A stretch of DNA of 64,000 bases from Pelagibacteraceae bacterium AG-404-P08 (lineage in GTDB: Bacteria > Pseudomonadota > Alphaproteobacteria > HIMB59). The stretch covers positions 27,564-91,563 of the forward strand of contig QCJF01000006.1 of NCBI GenBank assembly GCA_003216195.1, in the 5' to 3' direction. Positions 59,182-64,000 of this stretch are shown here, piece by piece. A program made the translations under genes and the position numbers. The stretch's first letter is position 1; each line of letters starts with the position of its first letter. The notes below the pieces were generated by a model. It did not search any database. It was given only the letters and a program-made list of their open reading frames with translations, and was not told the origin of the DNA.

Positions 59182-62100
59182 TTGGAAAATCCTATTTCTA
59201 AATTTGGCAATAAATCAATTTTATTATGTGAAGATGATAAGGTAGCTCTAGACTATGAAAATATTCTAAATATACATTATCCCCATAAGAAAATATGTTA
59301 TTTTCCAGCACATGACTCTTTACCGTTCAGTTCTGAAAGTTCATCATTTGATATTTTACTTGATAGGTCAGAAAAATTACAGAAATTATCTCATAATGAT
59401 ATAATAATAATTACTTGCAATAATCTTTTAAAAAAATTTCAAATAAATGAAGATGCTAATCATTTTTTAACATTAACTAAAAATCAAACTATTGAAGTTA
59501 ATACAATTTTAGAAAAATTAGTTGAATTTAATCATTCAAGCCAAGCAAATGCTTATAATAAACTCGAATTTTCAATAAGAGGGGATATTTTAGATATTTA
59601 TAACAGTAATAATAATCCTTATAGAATTTCATTCTTTGATAATGTGATTGAAACAATAAAAGAATTCAATCCTCAAACACAACTTACTTTTAAAGATGAG
59701 ATAGAGAGGATTGATATATTTAACCCTAATATTGAGTTATTAGAGCCAAGTAATAAAGATAGTTATTTTGAGGATATCGTTATGCGATATTCTATTTATA
59801 CAATTAATAGAAGTGACATAATATTAAAAGAAAAGCTAAATTTTCTTAAAACAATTTTTGATCAAGTCCAACCTGAGATCCCTTTTTCAAATTATTATTT
59901 AGAAGATAACAAAATAAAAAATTTTAAATTTACAAATATATTATCTAGCTCTCCTAAATCATTAAAAATTACATCAAATACCTCTTTAGATGAATTTTCC
60001 AAAATGAGTAATAAAATATATTTTCATAGTGGAAAAAATTCCTCATTAATAGAAAACGAATTTCTTCAAAAGAAAAATATTGAACCAAATTATGGTAATA
60101 ATTTATATTTTTGTAAATCTTTAATCTCAAAAGACTATCTATTTGATGGAATCGTACACCTCAATAAAAACACTTATACTACAAAAAAAACGAATTTAGA
60201 CACTATAATCAATTTTAATGATCTTTCATTAGGAGATGCAGTTGTTCATCAAAAGCATGGTATTGGTAGATTTATATCCATTGATAATATTGAAATTAAT
60301 AATCGAATTAGGGAGTTTATTAGATTAATTTACCGCGGCAACGACAAGCTTTTAATACCAATTGAAAATTTAAACTATATTTCAAGATATGGGTTTGATG
60401 ATAATAATCTTCTTCTTGATAAATTAGGCACGAATGATTGGATTTTTAGAAAATCTTCAGTTAAGAAGAAAATTCGTTTTCTAGCTAATAAACTTTTAAA
60501 AAATGCAGCAAAGAGATCCACTATAAACATCAAAGTGTTTCAATATAATAATTCTGATCTTGAGAAATTTAATCAACAATTTCCATTTGTTGAAACTGAG
60601 GACCAATTAAACTCAATTGAACAATCTTTAAATGATTTAAAACAAGATAAACCATCTAATCGTCTTATATGCGGCGATGTAGGATTTGGCAAAACTGAAG
60701 TGGCTTTAAGAATTGCATGTGCAACATATTTATCAGGTTTTCAATTTGTAATAGTCGTTCCCACCACATTATTAGCAATGCAACACACTAATACATTTAA
60801 TGAGAGATTTTCAGTTTTTAACATTAAGGTTGCATGTTTATCTAGATTTACTTCGTCAAAAGAAAAAAAAGAAATTTTAATTTCATTAAAGTCTGGTGAT
60901 ATTCAAATTCTTATTGCAACACATAGTCTTTTTAAAAAAGACATAGAATTTAATAATTTAGGCACACTGGTAATTGATGAAGAACAAAAATTTGGTGTCG
61001 ATCAAAAGGAATATTTAATCAACAAATACCCAACTATTCATTTATTTTCATTGTCTGCCACACCTATTCCTAGAACACTTCAGATGTCTTTATTGGGCTT
61101 AAAAGATTTAAGTATTATTGGAACACCACCATCAAATAGAATTAGTATAAGAACTTATGTTCAAAAATATGAGTCTGTTGCCCTTATTTCAGCAATAAAG
61201 AATGAATTAGAGAGGAATGGACAAATTTTTATTGTTGTACCAAGAATAAGCCATATTCCTTTTGTCGAAAATGAAATTAAAAAATTAAATATAGATCTTT
61301 CTTACGGAGTAGGTCACAGTAAAATGAAAGAAAAAGATATTGAGGATGTGTTCATATCTTTTACAAAAGGTGAGATACAGTGCCTTATTTCTACAAATAT
61401 TATTGAGTCTGGAATAGATATAAAAAATGCAAACACTCTAATAATATTTAATTCTAATTTATTTGGTTTATCTCAATTATATCAATTGCGAGGTAGGGTA
61501 GGTCGTTCAAATAAAAGAGCTTATGCCTATTTATTTCATGACAGTGAAAAATTAATCAATAAAACAGCTCTAAAGAAACTCCAAGTTTTAGCTAACTATG
61601 AAAATCTAGGATCAAATTTTCAGTTAGCTAATGAGGATTTAGAAATAAGAGGCGCAGGTAATTTACTTGGTGATGAGCAAAGTGGTCATGTGAAAGATAT
61701 TGGAATAGAGCTTTACCAAAGTATGTTAAAAGATGAGGTGGAAAGACAAAAAAATGATAATGCAGAAATTGAAGATGATTATGATGAATTTGAATTCGAT
61801 GCATTTTTTGAGTATTACATTCCAAAGAATTACATATCTGATGATATTTCCAGGTTGATTATTTATCGTAAATTTACTAATTCAAAGAATATTCAAGAAC
61901 TTAAGAATGTTTTAGATGAAATATATGATCGATATGGTAATTACCCAGTTGAAGTAACCAATTTATTTAATTTACTAACTATTAAAATTAAATCTCTTAC
62001 CCTTGGTATTTCAAAAATAAATATAAAAAGAAATTTTATTGATATTACTTTTAAAAAAGCAAGTCAAAAAACACTAGATGATTTAATTCAAATGGCACAA

Positions 62101-62211
62101 GAAAATATTATTAAAATGCAAAGTTCTAGTTCTATTCAGATCAAAAATAATGACAGTAAGGACTTATTTTACACTATAAATCTTTTCTATAAAAAGTTAG
62201 GATTAAAATAA
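59182..62211 (+). CDS. mfd: Transcription-repair coupling factor
   Basis: VVHQKHGIGRF (RID), CGDVGFGKTE, DEEQKFGV, SATPIPRTL, QLRGRVGR and TRCF C-terminus; shortened N-terminus. Confidence 0.95.
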   Translation: MENPISKFGNKSILLCEDDKVALDYENILNIHYPHKKICYFPAHDSLPFSSESSSFDILLDRSEKLQKLSHNDIIIITCNNLLKKFQINEDANHFLTLTKNQTIEVNTILEKLVEFNHSSQANAYNKLEFSIRGDILDIYNSNNNPYRISFFDNVIETIKEFNPQTQLTFKDEIERIDIFNPNIELLEPSNKDSYFEDIVMRYSIYTINRSDIILKEKLNFLKTIFDQVQPEIPFSNYYLEDNKIKNFKFTNILSSSPKSLKITSNTSLDEFSKMSNKIYFHSGKNSSLIENEFLQKKNIEPNYGNNLYFCKSLISKDYLFDGIVHLNKNTYTTKKTNLDTIINFNDLSLGDAVVHQKHGIGRFISIDNIEINNRIREFIRLIYRGNDKLLIPIENLNYISRYGFDDNNLLLDKLGTNDWIFRKSSVKKKIRFLANKLLKNAAKRSTINIKVFQYNNSDLEKFNQQFPFVETEDQLNSIEQSLNDLKQDKPSNRLICGDVGFGKTEVALRIACATYLSGFQFVIVVPTTLLAMQHTNTFNERFSVFNIKVACLSRFTSSKEKKEILISLKSGDIQILIATHSLFKKDIEFNNLGTLVIDEEQKFGVDQKEYLINKYPTIHLFSLSATPIPRTLQMSLLGLKDLSIIGTPPSNRISIRTYVQKYESVALISAIKNELERNGQIFIVVPRISHIPFVENEIKKLNIDLSYGVGHSKMKEKDIEDVFISFTKGEIQCLISTNIIESGIDIKNANTLIIFNSNLFGLSQLYQLRGRVGRSNKRAYAYLFHDSEKLINKTALKKLQVLANYENLGSNFQLANEDLEIRGAGNLLGDEQSGHVKDIGIELYQSMLKDEVERQKNDNAEIEDDYDEFEFDAFFEYYIPKNYISDDISRLIIYRKFTNSKNIQELKNVLDEIYDRYGNYPVEVTNLFNLLTIKIKSLTLGISKINIKRNFIDITFKKASQKTLDDLIQMAQENIIKMQSSSSIQIKNNDSKDLFYTINLFYKKLGLK

Positions 62212-62402
62212 TGGAAGATCAACAACTCCCAAAAACTAATGCAGAGTGGGCAAACTATTATGAATCTATAATAGCCGAACTTACTGAAAATCAAAAAAAA
62301 ATAGGTGAACCAATTTCAATAGATGAATTTTATGAACTTCCTATTAAAAGGAAACAGAAATATATCAAAAAACTATATTTTAAAATTGGAGATGCAGATT
62401 AA
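62211..62402 (+). CDS. 63-aa hypothetical protein
   Basis: TAATG coupling to mfd; overlaps the next gene by 11 nt. Confidence 0.65.
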   Translation: MEDQQLPKTNAEWANYYESIIAELTENQKKIGEPISIDEFYELPIKRKQKYIKKLYFKIGDAD

Positions 62403-63369
62403 TTATATTCCAAATATAGATTTATCTAATATTATTGATAAAGATCTTAATAGTGATGCTGCTGTGCAAGTATCAAAAAATATTAAAAAAGCATCAGAAG
62501 AAATTGGTTTTTTTACAGTTACAAATCATGGTATTCCAATTTCAAAAATAAATAATCTTTTAAAAACTTGTAAAAAATTTTTTTACTTAAATGAGGAAGA
62601 GAAATTAAAAATAGCCCCTAAAAAATGGAACCCCAATACTAATACTGTTTATAGGGGTTATTTTCCTAGTTCTGTAAATGGTAAAGAGGGTTTAGATATA
62701 GGAGATCCGCTTTTAAAGCAAAATATGGTTGATTTGTTAAAAAAGGAAAAATTTGAAGTTAATCACGATATGTCTTTTTTAGATCCAGAGTGGCAAATTA
62801 CAATAAATAATTATTTTGATGATCTTCATAACTTAGGAATAACCATATTTAAATCTATCATATCTTCATTTTCCTCAGATTTATCTTTAGCTGAAAAGGC
62901 TTTTCAAAGACCCAAAACACTCTCTACTCTGAGATTTAATTACTATCCCAAACAAGATAAACCTGTTGAAGTTTCTTCTCAAGACGGTGTTGCTTTAGGT
63001 TGTGAAACCCATGTAGATAGTGGGATAATGACTATCTTGTATCAGGACAAAAAAGGTGGTTTGCAAGTTCAAAATAGACATTCTTTAGAGTGGTATGATG
63101 TTCCTCATGACCCAAATGCTTTCGTTATTAATACAGGTTTAGCATTAGAGTGTTTAACAAATGGTAAAATGAAAGCAACTAATCACAGAGTATTATTTAA
63201 TCAAGAGGAACGTGTATCAATACCTTTCTTTTTTGAGCCATCATTTGATTTCATATTAGATCCAAAATATTTGGATATTAATGAAAATATCAATTATAAT
63301 ATTGATAATTATGAAAATTTTCTCACCAATTCACTCAAAAAATTTGTTGAATATGACAGACCTGCCTAA
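62392..63369 (+). CDS. Isopenicillin-N-synthase-like 2OG-Fe(II) oxygenase
   Basis: IPNIDLS, GFFTVTNHG, YRGY, HVD...H facial triad and RVS motif. Confidence 0.9.
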   Translation: MQINYIPNIDLSNIIDKDLNSDAAVQVSKNIKKASEEIGFFTVTNHGIPISKINNLLKTCKKFFYLNEEEKLKIAPKKWNPNTNTVYRGYFPSSVNGKEGLDIGDPLLKQNMVDLLKKEKFEVNHDMSFLDPEWQITINNYFDDLHNLGITIFKSIISSFSSDLSLAEKAFQRPKTLSTLRFNYYPKQDKPVEVSSQDGVALGCETHVDSGIMTILYQDKKGGLQVQNRHSLEWYDVPHDPNAFVINTGLALECLTNGKMKATNHRVLFNQEERVSIPFFFEPSFDFILDPKYLDINENINYNIDNYENFLTNSLKKFVEYDRPA

Positions 63370-63811
63370 ATTACCTTTTTTATTTTTATTTGCATTTATA
63401 ACAGCTTGTGGCGGTTTTAATACTGGGGTAAAAAAATCTGACACCCAAAAAGTCAACACAGTTAAATATGGAACTCTCGTTGCAGCTGAACCAGTCAAAA
63501 TCACTGGAGAAAGCTCTGGTATTGGTGCTCTTACAGGAGGTCTAGTAGGTTTTGTTGTAGGATGTGGAGAGGGTATTTTTGACGATGACTGCAGAGATGC
63601 TGCAGCTGTAGTGGGAACTATTGGTGGCGCTATCGTAGGATATGTTGCTGGTTCTTCATTAGGAGATCATACAGGATTTCAATATGTTGTAGACGTCGAT
63701 GGCACAGATGATGATATTTCAATAGTTCAATCAGGTGAAGAGCAAATACCCATTGGTTCTAGAGTAACTATTGCTATCGGAACCAACACAAGGATTATTA
63801 TATCAGAGTAA
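63353..63811 (+). CDS. Outer-membrane lipoprotein with glycine zipper (SlyB/Pcp-like)
   Basis: Lipobox ITAC; GALTGGLVG...GTIGGAIVG repeats; ISIVQ. Confidence 0.8.
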   Translation: MTDLPKLPFLFLFAFITACGGFNTGVKKSDTQKVNTVKYGTLVAAEPVKITGESSGIGALTGGLVGFVVGCGEGIFDDDCRDAAAVVGTIGGAIVGYVAGSSLGDHTGFQYVVDVDGTDDDISIVQSGEEQIPIGSRVTIAIGTNTRIIISE

Positions 63812-63828
63812 CTTATAGGTAGTAATAA

Positions 63829-64000
63829 ATGTTTATAGCAATGAATAGATTTAAAGTAAAATTAGGTGAAGAGATGTATTTTGAAGATATTTGGAAGAAT
63901 AGGGATACTCATTTAAATGATGTTCCTGGTTTTAAGAAATTTAATTTAATTAAAAGTGAGTCTAATGAAGAATATACACTATACGCTTCGCATAGTGAGT
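63829..64000 (+). CDS. Antibiotic-biosynthesis-monooxygenase family (IsdG/HmuQ-like); 3' end outside the window
   Basis: MFIAMNRFKV...FEDIWKNRD..L..VPGF...YASHS. Confidence 0.8.
   Translation, partial: MFIAMNRFKVKLGEEMYFEDIWKNRDTHLNDVPGFKKFNLIKSESNEEYTLYASHSE

Noticed and set aside
3514-61825. Short shadow ORFs in the track (e.g. 3514-3705, 5867-6121, 6465-6815, 8954-9229, 16757-16978, 32611-32817, 33745-34155, 35064-35390, 37903-38118, 46094-46300, 61628-61825)
   Set aside because: They lie within or antisense to well-supported genes, with no motifs or initiation signals.
62392-63369. Beta-lactam biosynthesis cluster
   Set aside because: No ACV synthetase or other pathway genes; the IPNS-like fold is widespread.
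1-64000. CRISPR arrays, rRNA, tandem repeats, selenocysteine read-through or frameshifted genes
   Set aside because: None seen by eye. Nearly all sequence is explained by intact ORFs and short spacers, though subtle cases cannot be excluded without computation.

Overview
A very AT-rich, densely packed bacterial chromosome segment. Gene content and order (argS-nagZ-scpAB-tatABC-serS, yajC-secDF, uvrA/ssb-gyrA-coaD, recG/sdhE-mfd) point to a streamlined marine alphaproteobacterium; a SAR11/HIMB59-like lineage is an inference. Positions 1-21.2 kb and 50.4-64 kb are mostly housekeeping genes. Downstream of tRNA-Lys(UUU) (21270-21345) is a roughly 23-kb catabolic region with no recognisable regulator. 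It holds a split betaine-type ABC transporter with a fused double permease, a leaderless DMSO-reductase/BisC-family molybdoenzyme coupled to a DmdA-like GcvT demethylase and an SDR, and a CdhC-like beta-keto acid cleavage enzyme. It also holds two homocysteine S-methyltransferase homologues with an apparent Cys-to-His zinc-ligand swap, an enolase-superfamily enzyme, an amidase, an Fe-ADH, an ALDH, MatB, an HDAC-family protein and BioY. This region is the best candidate for an undescribed pathway for methylated onium or S-oxide compounds. A ugp-type ABC operon with a duplicated ugpE and a putative Pho box follows. Other notable items are three divergent gene pairs with touching or overlapping start codons, probable leaderless promoters, a 48-aa membrane ORF at the usual SPOR/ftsN position, and selU. 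No rRNA, CRISPR array, integrase or transposase was seen. All calls come from motif recognition by eye; no searches were run.
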